This document shows positions 52,221 through 64,000 of a DNA stretch of 64,000 nt, one piece after another. How positions within the stretch are numbered: the stretch's first letter is position 1; the number at the start of each line of letters is the position of its first letter. The stretch is taken from contig OZ316896.1 in NCBI GenBank assembly GCA_973895155.1, positions 12,194,549-12,258,548 on the forward strand, written 5' to 3'. The notes under the pieces are model-generated. The model was not told the origin of the DNA and searched no databases. It saw only the letters and a list, made by a program, of their open reading frames with translations. Position numbers and translations under genes: made by a program. Source of the DNA: Marsupella aquatica (Eukaryota > Plantae > Marchantiophyta).

Positions 52221-55200
52221 TCAAATCAAATCTTAACACAAGCAATTTGCTCTTGGTTGCCAGGAAATTTTGGGAGGGCTTACAAAATGGGAATATTAAG
52301 CAGGCCTGATGGTGTAAATTTTTTAGAGGATTTGAAATCTACAGGAGCGGCTTTCTCTCTCTCTAGCCTAAAAAGGCAGGATGACGCATTGACTTAATCA
52401 TTTGATACTCACACATGTACTATTTATCATGATATTTAAATATAAAATATTATTAGGGCAATTACAATATGAAGATCTACGCAAAGTCAGTCAGTGTACT
52501 ATTTGACCAAAAACGTTGAGCCTTCTATTTGACTTACAAATATTTTCTCAATCTTGACAAGTGGAAGAGTAACTATTAATAGTGTGTCTGGGGGGCACTA
52601 TTAATATGAAAACCCTTATATCACCTGTGACGTTTTTAGGCATAAAACCCCTAAAACTACATGAAGTAGATTTTTTCAAAAAATTGGAGGTGGAAAGAAT
52701 TGTTTACCCTGATATAATTTGAATCCTTGGAATATTCTCCTAAACCCTAAAACCTAAAATACCATAATGGTTTTTTGCATTAACTTCTAATTTGCCTTTG
52801 AAATGAATTTAAAAAATATATTATTGGGCATATGTGATGGGTTGGAAGATTTAAAGATCTTGGGGTTATGCTGTTACCCATAGCCTGGTTATGCTGTTAC
52901 CCATAGCCTGGTAGTGATAATGCAAACAGACCCTGCCAGCCTTAAGGGAAATGAAAAGAACACTATATGGTGTCTCAACCCTGTGATGTGGTGAGTTGAT
53001 GTCTGTTGTTAAATAGTAGGATACGACTGTCCTGTGACCTAAGAAATATGGTATGCCAAAATTGTATTCCTTAACATTTGGCTGCAGGAAATTGGCCATT
53101 TCCCATTGCCTTTCCCATGAATAGTGTTCTGTTGTCTGAATGTGTCCCTCATCCCCGGCCAACAGACTGGTGCTCGCACAGGTGCTCACATAAACCCTCG
53201 TCAACTTATTGATAGTGGCCCATTATTTAGGTCCCTAAGTATTCCCTGAAGGGACAAACTACAAACCACACCCCTCCCCCGCACCCCACAATCTGGTTCA
53301 TAGCCGCATGAATTACCTGTAACTGGAGTTAACAGCAGTCTAGGTTTCCTGTAAAGGAAATGAACCTCACAGGTTTGAGACATCATGAACAGTCAGATGG
53401 CCATTGATAGCTTTTTCAGAAGGTTAATATGTAAAAAAAAAAAATGTTTCTACTACTGTAAGTTCTTCTAAAGTGACTTATGGTCATACATTACCCATCT
53501 TTATGGCCAAAAATTATAGCTCATGAATTTGGTAGTGTGTAACTTTTTCTGTTGGTAAGCCTTACCAGTAACCTTAACTACTATGTTAAGGGCCTTGCAT
53601 GTGAGGGTCCTCAGAAAATCAACCCTAACCTTGAAGAACTCCTGGCAAATTTGACTGATAGAATGAGACTTTTGTGCCTCAACCACCTTCCCATGTGGTC
53701 CTGACTGCAGTGAATAAGGATTTTGAAGAGCAAGGGCCAAAAACTTTTAGGGCCTTGACGGGGGCCTTGAGAACCTTTCAATTTCATATAAAACAAAAGA
53801 GACAGTTTGCAAGGACATATTTTGCTGCAACATTTTTCGCCAAGTCCCCTGTAGAACGAGGGAGGAAGGACATCTTCAGGAGGGAGGAGGGGAAGGGGGA
53901 GAGAGAGAGGGGTCACTATATGGAACCCCCATATCAGTTATGAATGTTTTAGGGATTAAACGCCCTAAAAGTTACAGGAAGTAATTTCAATCTGTTTTTG
54001 GAATTGTTTTATCCCTGTGGAATTAGAATTTTCTTGCAATATTCCTCAAAATGGTTTTAAAAATGTGTATTCTATTGTAAGCCTCAAAATTGGATTTAAA
54101 CACTATGATGGTCTCTCAAATTTCTGATTTTTCTCTGAAATGAATTAAAAAAAAGCCCCTCTTCTTGGGTGTAAGTACGTGATGGGTGGAAGATTTTGAG
54201 TGACCCCTAGACAAGGACATAGGACTGCTTGGGCAGGTCAGATGTCTTTTTTGAGTGGATTCTGTAGAGATTACTTATCCAATTGTAACGGAACAGTTTC
54301 GGAGCGGTAAGTTTCATTTTTTTGAGGACTGCCTACATGTAAGACAACTCTAAGGTCTACGAGATTTGAGGTTTGAGACCCCCTGATCTGCCCCCAATAT
54401 CTTGTAAAGCCACCCTCAAAGGTCTGGACTTGAAGGGCTGGAATATCCTCAAATGCTACCCTCAGGCCTACCTGGGAGGCGGGGTAAATAACAATAGTGT
54501 AATAGTAATTCAGGTTTTTTGCATTAACAGTATTTGGAGAATAAAAGCTATACTAAATGGAGAGTACAGATAAAAATGACATTGCTCTCTGATCTCAAAC
54601 AGCTAGGGAAGAGAGTGTAGCTCATGCACCCATGACTGCTAGTAAAAGAAAAAAGGTTAGGCAAGAGTCTCAACAGGGCTACACTACTTGTCAAACAATG
54701 TCAACACAATCCAATCCTAAATAGCCCCAAAACCCATCACATTAGTGTTATTTTCTATTCTAACTTGCCATATTCTTAAATTAGGTTTACCAACATTAAT
54801 TTTGAAAGTCAAGCCCAGATAGACCAAGGGGTGTTTTTTTCACCACTTTCCCCATGGATTGTGACACACACGGCTGCACTTTACACCCAAAATCACATTG
54901 TCTGGCTTTCTTATGAAGGACGCTTCACTTTTGAGAAGGACACCCCGAGTAGTTTTTCCAGGCATCATGCCCAACTGTGAAATGCTGCTTAATTTGTAGC
55001 AAACTTGTGCATTTATTTAGACAAAGTTTGGATAAATGTTGCAGCTCAAAATTTTCCAGCATGTTCTTTGATGTCCAATCTATTACCTAACAAAGTTTCA
55101 ATTTTTTTCTGAAATCATTTGGTCCATCACCGATAAGTGCAAAGATGGTCAACTATTATAACTAATCGTCAACCAACACTTTACTTTTGTGAAGAATGCC

Positions 55201-55446
55201 ATCAGTACTTGGGCACGAGCACCAACTTACCACTTTGGGACATGACACTTCACTTTATGAAGGATGACCTGAGTAGTTTGTGTGAGCCGCGATTTACAGG
55301 TTACATATCAGTCAAAATTAAAAATAAAGTTATCCGAGCAGATTTTGATGTTCTGAGTCTGTCCATCCCAGCTTTGGAAATCCATACAAGTCTGTCCATC
55401 CTAGCTTTGGGAATCCATACGGGCACTCAGAGCAAACCCCTCTGCT

Positions 55447-55624
55447 GAGGTATTTGCTTGATTGACCCCCAAAATGAAACTTATTACTTGATTGACCCCC
55501 TGAGGTCTATCAATAGTCCAGATCTGAGATCGAAAGGTCCATCAACGGTCCAGGTTGGGGAAAAGTTTGGAAAGGTTAATCAAACAAACTTTTTCCAGAA
55601 GGGGGTCTATTAAGCATATTTCTC
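55447..55624. mobile_element. Second copy of the 35.5-kb foldback/MITE family
   Basis: atttgcttgattgacccccaaaatgaaacttattacttg with a degenerate inverted right arm (gggggtctattaagcatattt). Confidence 0.55.
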
Positions 55625-55925
55625 CCCCCTGCCCATCCAGGCTTCATTTCCCGCTAATTATGGATCAACATTAATATTCACAGATAAGACCAATTAGGGA
55701 GAACACTGTACATGAGTTGCCCTCTGTCCTCATGGTCACGGGCATCCTCGCGTGGCATCTCCATCACTCGCGTGGCATCTCCATTCTCCCCTCCTTCCCA
55801 CATGTCACACAATTAATATGTCACGAGTACAGTCTCTCAATCACTCTGCTGCCCTGGCTCAAGCGAACCCCAACTCCACAAACGTCACGAATGTTTGCTC
55901 CCGATCGCGCATGCTCAGGCTCTCC

Positions 55926-56340
55926 AACCTCGCCACCCTTGGCAGCGGTGCTCTTCTTCACATTCATCTCCCTGCCCTGCTTCGAGTGCTCTGTATCCCT
56001 ACTTATTTCACAAACTTTGCTGCTGAATCGGATGTGATCACTTCGCCCAAGGCGCAAGCTACAGTAGAATTGTAAACCTCGCCACCACTCTTGGCAGCGG
56101 TGCTCCTCTTCACATTCATCTCCCTGCCCTGCTTCGGAGTGCTCTGTATCCCTACTTATTTCACAAACCTGTGAAATCTCTTCTTTCTCAGCAATTTCAT
56201 AACTCTTTCGTTGACATTCGAATAGTAGATTGGTTTTCAGTAAATTTTGATAGGAATGTCCAGATTTGTTCTTTAAAGTGAAATGCTGCTGAATCGGGTG
56301 TGGTCACTTCGCCCAAGGCACAAACGAGCTAGAATTTGTA
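55926..56340. repeat. ~145-bp duplication; the second copy is interrupted by ~110 bp
   Basis: aacctcgccacc…ctacttatttcacaaac at ~55926 and ~56075; the tail tgctgctgaatcgg…cttcgcccaaggc follows directly in copy 1 and at ~56284 in copy 2. Confidence 0.85.
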
Positions 56341-57128
56341 CAGATTTGGTCTGTCTGGCCTGCCTCAAGCGAGCATCCTCCTCAATTCCAGAACTACAAT
56401 AGATATGACAGAATTGATGAAGACAAGTGGTACTGCCGGAAGAGAGACCACAGCTGCCGCTGTTCCCCTGATCGAGAGACAGATGATGGAAGAACACTTA
56501 GATCCTGGTGTTCCGATCCAGCTCAGGTGGCCAGGAGTGTTTTTTCTCGTGTTCTTCCCCCTCAAGATGATGTTTTCTGTACTGACGGAAAAAGTTCCTT
56601 GTTCCGATATCAAGTTCCAGCAATGAGCAAAAAATCGTGATGTCGACGGATCCCAACTGAACAGCGTGTCCTTCTTCAGCTTTGGTTTGGACAATGGATT
56701 AGATAGCTTAGTAATCTGGATTATATAGCTTAGTAATCTTCGTTCAAATTGGATTTATTACTGCCAACTTTCAGCATCAGGAAGAGCGAGATGCAAGCTC
56801 TTAATTTATAAAACAAAAATCAAGCCTGATCGAAACAGGGTCGCATTTAAATTAGGAAGACGCTCTACTCGGTTCCAACCTAAATAACATCATACTGTGC
56901 TCCACATAATTGACGTGTTTCAAGAATGTGACTAATTTTGAAAAGGTTGAAACCAATGTTTGCTGCAATAGACTAGTAATGCACGTCTTCATCTTTCCAA
57001 GACTTTAACTAATTCTGAAAAGGTTGGAAGCAATGTAGCTCCAATAATCACGTAATGCACGTAGTCATCTTGAATGCCTATCCAAATGTCCTACAGTACG
57101 TTCGTCCATACGCACAACTTTGAATCCT

Positions 57129-58166
57129 TCATTCGGACTCACCGAAAGGCTTGGCCCAGAACTTGCGGAAATGCAAACCACTGCCAGCCTCTCGAATTTT
57201 CTTGACTTCCTCCTCCGTAAGTTCAAAGTTGTCAATGGACAACTGCTCCTTCTGCCGTGACTCCTTTCCAGATGTGGTCACTGGAATCACCCCTTCTTGC
57301 ATCGTCCATCGCAACAGCACCTGGCCAGGAGACTTCTCGTACTTCTTGGCGATCTCCGCAAGCAAGGGATCCACGGGGCCTCCGGGCTTTTGTGTAATTG
57401 AAGTCAGCGGACCATAAGCCTCGACCGATATCCCGTGCTTGTGACAAAACGAGACCAGGTCTGGGCTTTGCAGGTACGGGTGGAACTCAATCTGGTTTGC
57501 AGCAGGCTTGATTCGAGCAAACGACAACAGCTGCTCGAGGTCCTTGACCCTAAAATTCGACACTCCGATGTTCTTGGCCAGACCTTTGTCGTGCACGGTT
57601 TCCATGGCCTCCCAAGCCTCTTTCAGATCAATGCCATGGGATTCCTTCGAGAAAAATGGGGCGTGCACCAGGTAGAGATCCACATAATCAACCTGCAGCC
57701 GTTTCATGCATGCAGACAGGGCCTGCACAGGATCCTTGATGCCCGGCCACACCTTCGTGGTGAGAAAAATCTCATCGCGCGGACAGCCGGATTCCTTGAT
57801 ACCTATCCCAACCTCATACTCCGTTCCATAAACCTCCGCTGCATCCAAGTGCCGATATCCGACTTCCAGCGCACTCTTGATCGACGATATCAGCTCCTTG
57901 TTCCTCGGCCGGCTCGGATCATTCCCCGCCAAGTTAAACCACGCCGTGCCCGTCCCGAACCCTGGAACTGGCACCGACGTTCCATCAGCCAGCTTCATAC
58001 TTGCTCCCACCATGGCCGCGACGGTAGCGAATCGGATTCTACCAGCTCCCAAACACCTTCCAAATCGTGGACCATGCAATCGCGAAAAGCAGTCCGTCCC
58101 ACCCTTCAGACTCCAATTCGACGCACCACTGACGAGCAGAGTAGCGCCTTTCGCGAACCTAATCAT
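57129..58166 (-). CDS. Aldo-keto reductase, intronless, with N-terminal organellar-type presequence
   Basis: GFGTGTAW, GYRHLDAAEVYGTE (catalytic D,Y), FLTTKVW (K), DLYLVHAP (H), IGVSNF, NQIEFHPY and QVLLRW. First ATG is at 58166. Confidence 0.95.
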   Translation of the reverse strand: MIRFAKGATLLVSGASNWSLKGGTDCFSRLHGPRFGRCLGAGRIRFATVAAMVGASMKLADGTSVPVPGFGTGTAWFNLAGNDPSRPRNKELISSIKSALEVGYRHLDAAEVYGTEYEVGIGIKESGCPRDEIFLTTKVWPGIKDPVQALSACMKRLQVDYVDLYLVHAPFFSKESHGIDLKEAWEAMETVHDKGLAKNIGVSNFRVKDLEQLLSFARIKPAANQIEFHPYLQSPDLVSFCHKHGISVEAYGPLTSITQKPGGPVDPLLAEIAKKYEKSPGQVLLRWTMQEGVIPVTTSGKESRQKEQLSIDNFELTEEEVKKIREAGSGLHFRKFWAKPFGESE

Positions 58167-60099
58167 ACGCAATTCAGCGGCAAAATCACACCTTCGGCGA
58201 ACCGGACCACAAGCGATTCAGTGGCAAATTTTGTTGAAATGCGCACTGGGCTAAGGAGTTCACCAATTTGGGAGAATTGAACAGGAATTGAGGAACTGGG
58301 AGGATTGTTTATGACATGAAATAGCATCTAGCTCCTCGTTGTGAACTGATCTTTCAGTCGATGCCCAACGAAAACCCACTCAACTAAAACTGTTGGTCTT
58401 GGCTTGTTTCGACCCTATGGAAACTTCCTCTGGGCTTTCCTAGAGTCTTGGTCGAGGGGTTGTATCTACCGTTTTGGAAACTTCCCGTGAGCTTTCTTAT
58501 TATTTCATGCAGCACATGTGTCCTTATTGTATACATTAAAATATAGCCTAGTGAGTTTTGTTTTAAAGTATTGTGCGTACAACAAGCGGTATCTAGATGC
58601 CAAAATGCAAGCCTAATGGTTATTGGGTTTGTTACTACCTCCTTACATAGACACCCTTGGATAGCAATAGTTTGATCCTTGGCACCCTAGGAATGAATCC
58701 TAAGTTCACTCAATGCCCTATACTGTTCTAGTAATAACCAAAAACACCCAATGATAATCAGATCTTGGTTAACCCATCAATGAATCATTTATTCAGTCTA
58801 TGCGCTATCCTGCATTCAGTTAAATACATGTGCTATAGAATTGCCCAAATCTAATTCAAATAACAACAAAAAAACGCATTAATAATTGGATCACCCAAGA
58901 ATGTATCCTGGATTCAGTCAGATAAATGTGCCATAGAGTTGCTCAAATCCAATAACAGCAACAACAACAAAAAGAGAGTAATAATTAGATCTTGGATAAC
59001 CCAGGAATCAATCATATATTTCACTCACTGTACTATATAGGTGTTCAAATACAGTTCCACTGAGTGTAATGTCAACAACAACAACCCAATCAGTTGATAA
59101 CTGAATAACGTTCAAGTAACCCATTGGGGTGCCTTTTGGCCCTATCTGAATCGATGTGGTCAACATAGCATTCCTGAATCAAGACTAATCCAGTAACCGT
59201 TGAAGTTGCTCACATGAACCCACCTTCTTTGGGTGTAGTATTGGCAGAGAACATAATTGTTTATGATACTATATTGTGAAAGAGGGTTAGTACTGCCCAG
59301 ATCCTCTACATGACTTTGGTACAGGTAAGGAGGGAAGTGGTGGTTGATTTGTCTGGTCCTTACATAGATGACTCACAGCTTGATGCACAGTTGTCTTCCA
59401 TCTTACCATTGTATGCATACATGCCTTGGTTGATGCGGGGCTGATGTTGTGATAGTTAGCCCTTTGCATTACAGTACCATTGGGATAGTTTTCTCCACCT
59501 GGCTATTGAAATATTTGGGAGACTCCATGGTCAGTGTGATGGGCTTTGTTGGCTTGGGGTGCTTTAAAATTTTCTCCCTTTCCCACTATACCTCTTCCCT
59601 CTTTGAGCCAAAAGGGGGTGATACCAAAAATGGTAGCCTAGCAGTACCAGTACATTTTGACTTTTGGCACCCTCCTTTGCCGAGTTAAACAAGGGTAATG
59701 CTGGCAAAAGAGGGCAAATAATGAAATCATCTTGTCAGTACAGTCAATATAAAGTACTAACCTTGAAGCTATGCTTAAATTTGTTTGGGGGTCTCATTAT
59801 ATGGAGATCTCCCCATCACTTGCGGCATGTTTAAGTCTCAGACCCTCTAAAATGTAAGAAAATTTTTCAATTTTTTTAATCCCCATAAGAATATTTTCAA
59901 ATTTTGATTAAAAAGACCCTAATGTTCTTCTAATTTTCAAAATTGGATTTAAAAGACTCTATTGTTCTTCTAAGAAAATTCTTAAGTCTTCCCTTAGAAC
60001 CAATAGAATGACCCTATCCTTCATCGCACGTGATGTGCTATTTTTGTGGAAGTGAAACCCCAAATAATTTTTTGCACCAATATAGAATACAGGTTGCAA

Positions 60100-60790
60100 T
60101 CAGTCGAGGAGAAAAATATGCTGAGGAGAGAAAACAATTTTGAGGTGAGAAAAAGATACAACATGAGAAAAAGATGTTGAGGTGAGAAAAAGAGAATGAT
60201 TGAGAAGAGAAAAATATGTTGAGGTGAGAAAAAGAGGTCAAGGAGAGAAAAATATTTTGAGGTGAGGAAAATTAAGATGTTGAGGAAAGAAAAAGATGTC
60301 AAGGCAATGCAATTATATTGATTGAGGCGAGAAAAGACAGGGGAAAAGATGTTTAGGCGAGAAAAGTTGTTAAGGCCTAAAACCAATGTCAAAGGAGGGC
60401 AATTAAAGACATTGAGTAACAAAAAAAGATGTTGAGGCAAGAAAAAATATTGAGGCCAAAAAAGATGTTGAGGCAAGAAAAGATGTCAAGACGCAAAAAA
60501 ATGTTGAGGCAAGGCAAAGTTGGCAAGGTGAAGCAAGAAAATATAGGCTTTGTGAGGTATACTTTGAGGCATGTTATGTGTCATTGCAGCAATACAGTTG
60601 TTGCAGCCATGCCAAGGTGAGGCAAAATTGTTAAGGTGAGACAAAGATGTTGAGCAAGGCAAAACTATTGAAGCAAGTTTAGATGTTAGTTGCAGTGAGA
60701 CAAAGATGTTGGTGTGAGGCAAAAATGTTGAGGCAGGACAAAGAAATTAATGTAGACAATGCAAAAAAATGCAAGTACAGCAAGAAAGTT
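60100..60790. repeat. Purine-rich minisatellite (GATGTTGAGG-NGAGAAAA units), reverse complement of the 1-360 family
   Basis: Many aaagatgttgagg(t/c)(g/a)agaaaa units. Confidence 0.85.
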
Positions 60791-63162
60791 GTTTAAACAT
60801 CTCAAATGTTGTTGCGACCATGTTGTCATTGTTGTGATAGCTATGTTGATGAGGAGAGCAAGGATGTGGGAGGGTGAGAGGGAGTGCAAGAGCGGTGATG
60901 GCCCCTTGGGGCTTTGCGGGGTCAAGGTGTGGTCACACAACGCTATTGGGAGGGCAGAATTTTAATTGTTCTCTTCCCCTTTTTCCTATTTCTTCACTCC
61001 CTCGCCACTCCATTTCTCCCCCTCTTAACCAAAAAAATGCAAAATTAAATAAAGAGAAGAAAAACTAGAGTTAAAAGCAAAATGAACCCATTTTGCTTGT
61101 TTTTAAAGTTTCATAATTATACTCTATGTTTGGCCAAGGATGGATAGCTTGAGCCAGCCTGGTGGGGGTGGGGAATGTATAGGATTACCGAGGTCTAACG
61201 TTCTCATAATTACAGTAGAATACAATAACAATTTTTGGACAAAAATGAGGCACAGGTTTGGGTGGGGGCTTCTCTGGGTTAAAAAAAATCTGACGGCTCA
61301 GGTGTATTCCCTGCATTTTCAATTCTGTAAGCAGAATGAAAGAACTGTTTTGGTGGCATTGCATATTATAGAAGTAAATTCCATTTAATTGGGTTCATGG
61401 AGAGAACTACAGATTTGGTCAATATAATTTAGTACATAAAGTCGGGCATCATGGGGATGGAGTGACCAGAAGTTCTATCCAGAATTGAAAGCTAAACTTA
61501 CACTACATAGCCTACTTGGGGTGTAATGCTGGGGTGAAATTAGAGGCAAAACTTAGTTGGTTTTGTTGTTGGGAGGTCACAAAATGTGTCACCTGCATGA
61601 CAAAATGTGTCGACAAAGGCTATTGTGCACAATTCCCACTCACATTGCTGCCTACTGTCTTCCCCCAAACAGCGCTCAAATAGTAGGCCATGGACCGCTC
61701 TATTGGGACACTCTTTCCAGGTTGTTGTGTTCAAATTTTCCAATTTTGAAACATTTTGGGGAAGGCTGGAACCCTGGAGGGCTGTGGTGGGTGCAGCACA
61801 TTTCATCATGAGTTTTTCAGAATTCTCATTTTCTAGCTAGACTATAGGGTAGCTAACCTTTTGGTACAAAATGTGGTTTGACGTATTCTATAGAGCGTCT
61901 CCAACCCAACGGGGTTTTGTTACTATAATAGGTGTTGACCAAAGTCACTAAAGAATAAGATTTAATGCAAAAAGTCCGGGCCAACCCACTCCCCGTATTG
62001 AGGCAATTGGGTCGTCACAGTCTGCATTTGAAAAGAGATTATACAATAGTTTACTCTGTATTGGGCTTGTTGGTGGGTGTTCATGATTTGAATCTATAGC
62101 TTTCAGATGATGACATACCTGTTGAATTGTTTGGGGAAATTAGCCCATCAGGGTTGGGACAGCATTTTAGTTAGCCATGATAGATATGTACCGTGAAATA
62201 TAAAAGAATGTTGTCAGTCAGATTGAGTATTTAATGTACCCAATAAGCAAAACCCACTTTGGTTGGAGATAAGTCTCGTATTGCATATGGAATCCTTTAT
62301 TCTTACAAAATTATGAAAACCACCAAGAATCGAAAACATTCCGAGACCACTCTCTGCATGGCCTGAGCTGCAGCTTTTTTTATTCATGACTCGGTCAAGG
62401 AGCCTCTTGGAGGCAATTTGGGGGCAGTGTCCCCAAAACTGCAAGAAGCCATTTCTGTACCGAAAGATTAAGTGAATGGGACAGCACTCTCTTGTCCGTG
62501 TCACACCTTTTATACCACCAAATGTACTCCACCTCCAGCCGTGGGTTGTACTTTTCTCACCAATATAATCGTCTCTCAACCCGTGGAAATGGACATTGGA
62601 AATTCCCTTGCCTCCTCCATGGAAAGTGTGCTGGCTCGAGCGCAACGGTTATATAATCCGTGTTTAGAGTAGTTCTCCCTTCCATATGGAAGTTTTCGAT
62701 GGTAGCTTTCAAGCAGACCAATCACTAGCTTATCTTACAAGCCACCCTTTGACAGGGTCTTCCTATCGTCTTCCTTCACAGCTACCCAACTGTACAGCTC
62801 AAGACGTTTGCCTGTCTCTGCTGAGCGGCTTCCGTCCTTCTGTCTCGATGTATATAATTTTTATACTTTCTCTCAAGGAATGAATGAAATGATCGAAGTT
62901 GGAGATCACTGTGGCGAGCATTTTTTATTATGTCCACAATGTTCTATCTCCCAAAACCGATTGTGTGAAGATTATCGAGGTCAATTCGATCAGTTAATTA
63001 TACCGTGACGGACTCGGAACCATCCATATTCATATGTTTGGATTCGCCTTCAAAAGTCGTCCGCGCAGGTGCAGCAAAAGTACTCTTCAGAATTATGCAT
63101 CGATATGAGAAAGAAGCGCTAGCTTATGGTTTCGTGTTTTGAGCACGTACCGATTACGTTAC

Positions 63163-64000
63163 TTACGAGTCCCAAATGGGGCCAAAAGCTGGAATGCCGA
63201 TAGCTTTGCAGGCATTCACTATCTCGTTCGTGCCGATCGGATTGCTGGTGACAACGACCACGTCAGCGTTCCATTCCTTGGCCTTGGTCAGGACTATTTC
63301 TTTAGTATTCGGCCTCCCAGACACTGCGGTGTCAATTACAGTAATTCTCCCACCAGGCGCGTCGTTGACGGCTTCCCAAAGCGCATCGCCAAAGCTTTCT
63401 CGGATTTTCCTGGCGATCCAAATGAGGTGCACATCTAATTTACGTTGTGGCTGCAGTAAGAAAGATAGGTACACGCCTATTCCCGAGCCCGTGCCGACCA
63501 TAAGTACCCTTTGGTACAGACTGCAGAGGTAGGGGAGACCTGGGCAGAAGTTCAAAACACATTCCACGGATATAAGTCTATGTTGTAAGACTGAGCATTC
63601 AAATTGACCTCTGCCTGGACCTAGCTAGAGCTTAGTACTTAATTATACAACTGCATCCCGCCTCGCCATCGAAACACCCATCTGTTATACATCAGTGCAT
63701 TTCTTCAATCTCTCAGGAAGCTGTCCACTAAACGTACTTTCACTTATGCTGAGAAAGACTGCGATACATGTACGATTCAATACCTGCGAAGTGGATAGAT
63801 CGAACCCATATGTGTGTGGGAGGCTTCTCCACGAGAGACTTTGTGAAGTCCCCGACCGCTCCTGCCAAAATAGTATGTCTCGTCTGTCCATCGGATATGA
63901 TCCCGAACGCGTGCCACTCTGAAAATGGAGAGCGGCTAATTCTGGCCAGAAACCCAGGCTTCACACCTCCTTCGAATTGGATCATGGAGTTGAACTTATT
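63163..64000 (-). CDS. 3' part of an FNR-like/ferric-reductase-like FAD/NADPH-binding protein (plant 'adenylate-forming reductase-like' family); continues beyond the window
   Basis: Exon >64000-63784 (RISRSPFSEWHAFGIISDG…GAVGDFTKSLV…THIWVR), intron GTATTG…CCCAG, exon 63539-63163 (VLMVGTGSGIG, VHLIW, VVVVTSNP, AFGPIWDS*). Confidence 0.85.

Noticed and set aside
57435-58280. 281-aa + strand ORF
   Set aside because: Antisense shadow of the GC-rich AKR coding sequence; no motifs.

Overview
Eukaryotic nuclear DNA from a land plant, most likely a bryophyte/liverwort (inferred from gene content, GT-AG introns and repeat style; not proven). I built gene models by hand from splice sites. The window has two tandem DAD1-like phospholipase A1 genes (one intact, one frameshifted by a 16-nt templated insertion) plus a deleted third relic. 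It also has cytosolic glutamyl-tRNA synthetase, CP12, an anthranilate phosphoribosyltransferase-like gene with an altered KHGNR motif, an intronless aldo-keto reductase resembling fungal enzymes, and the 3' part of an FNR-like reductase. Intergenic DNA holds LINE fragments, MITE/foldback elements, SINE-like heads, many tandem repeats and a ~7.5-kb decayed multi-exon element. No prokaryotic-type system (CRISPR, operon, rRNA) is present. Family assignments come from motif recall, not database searches.
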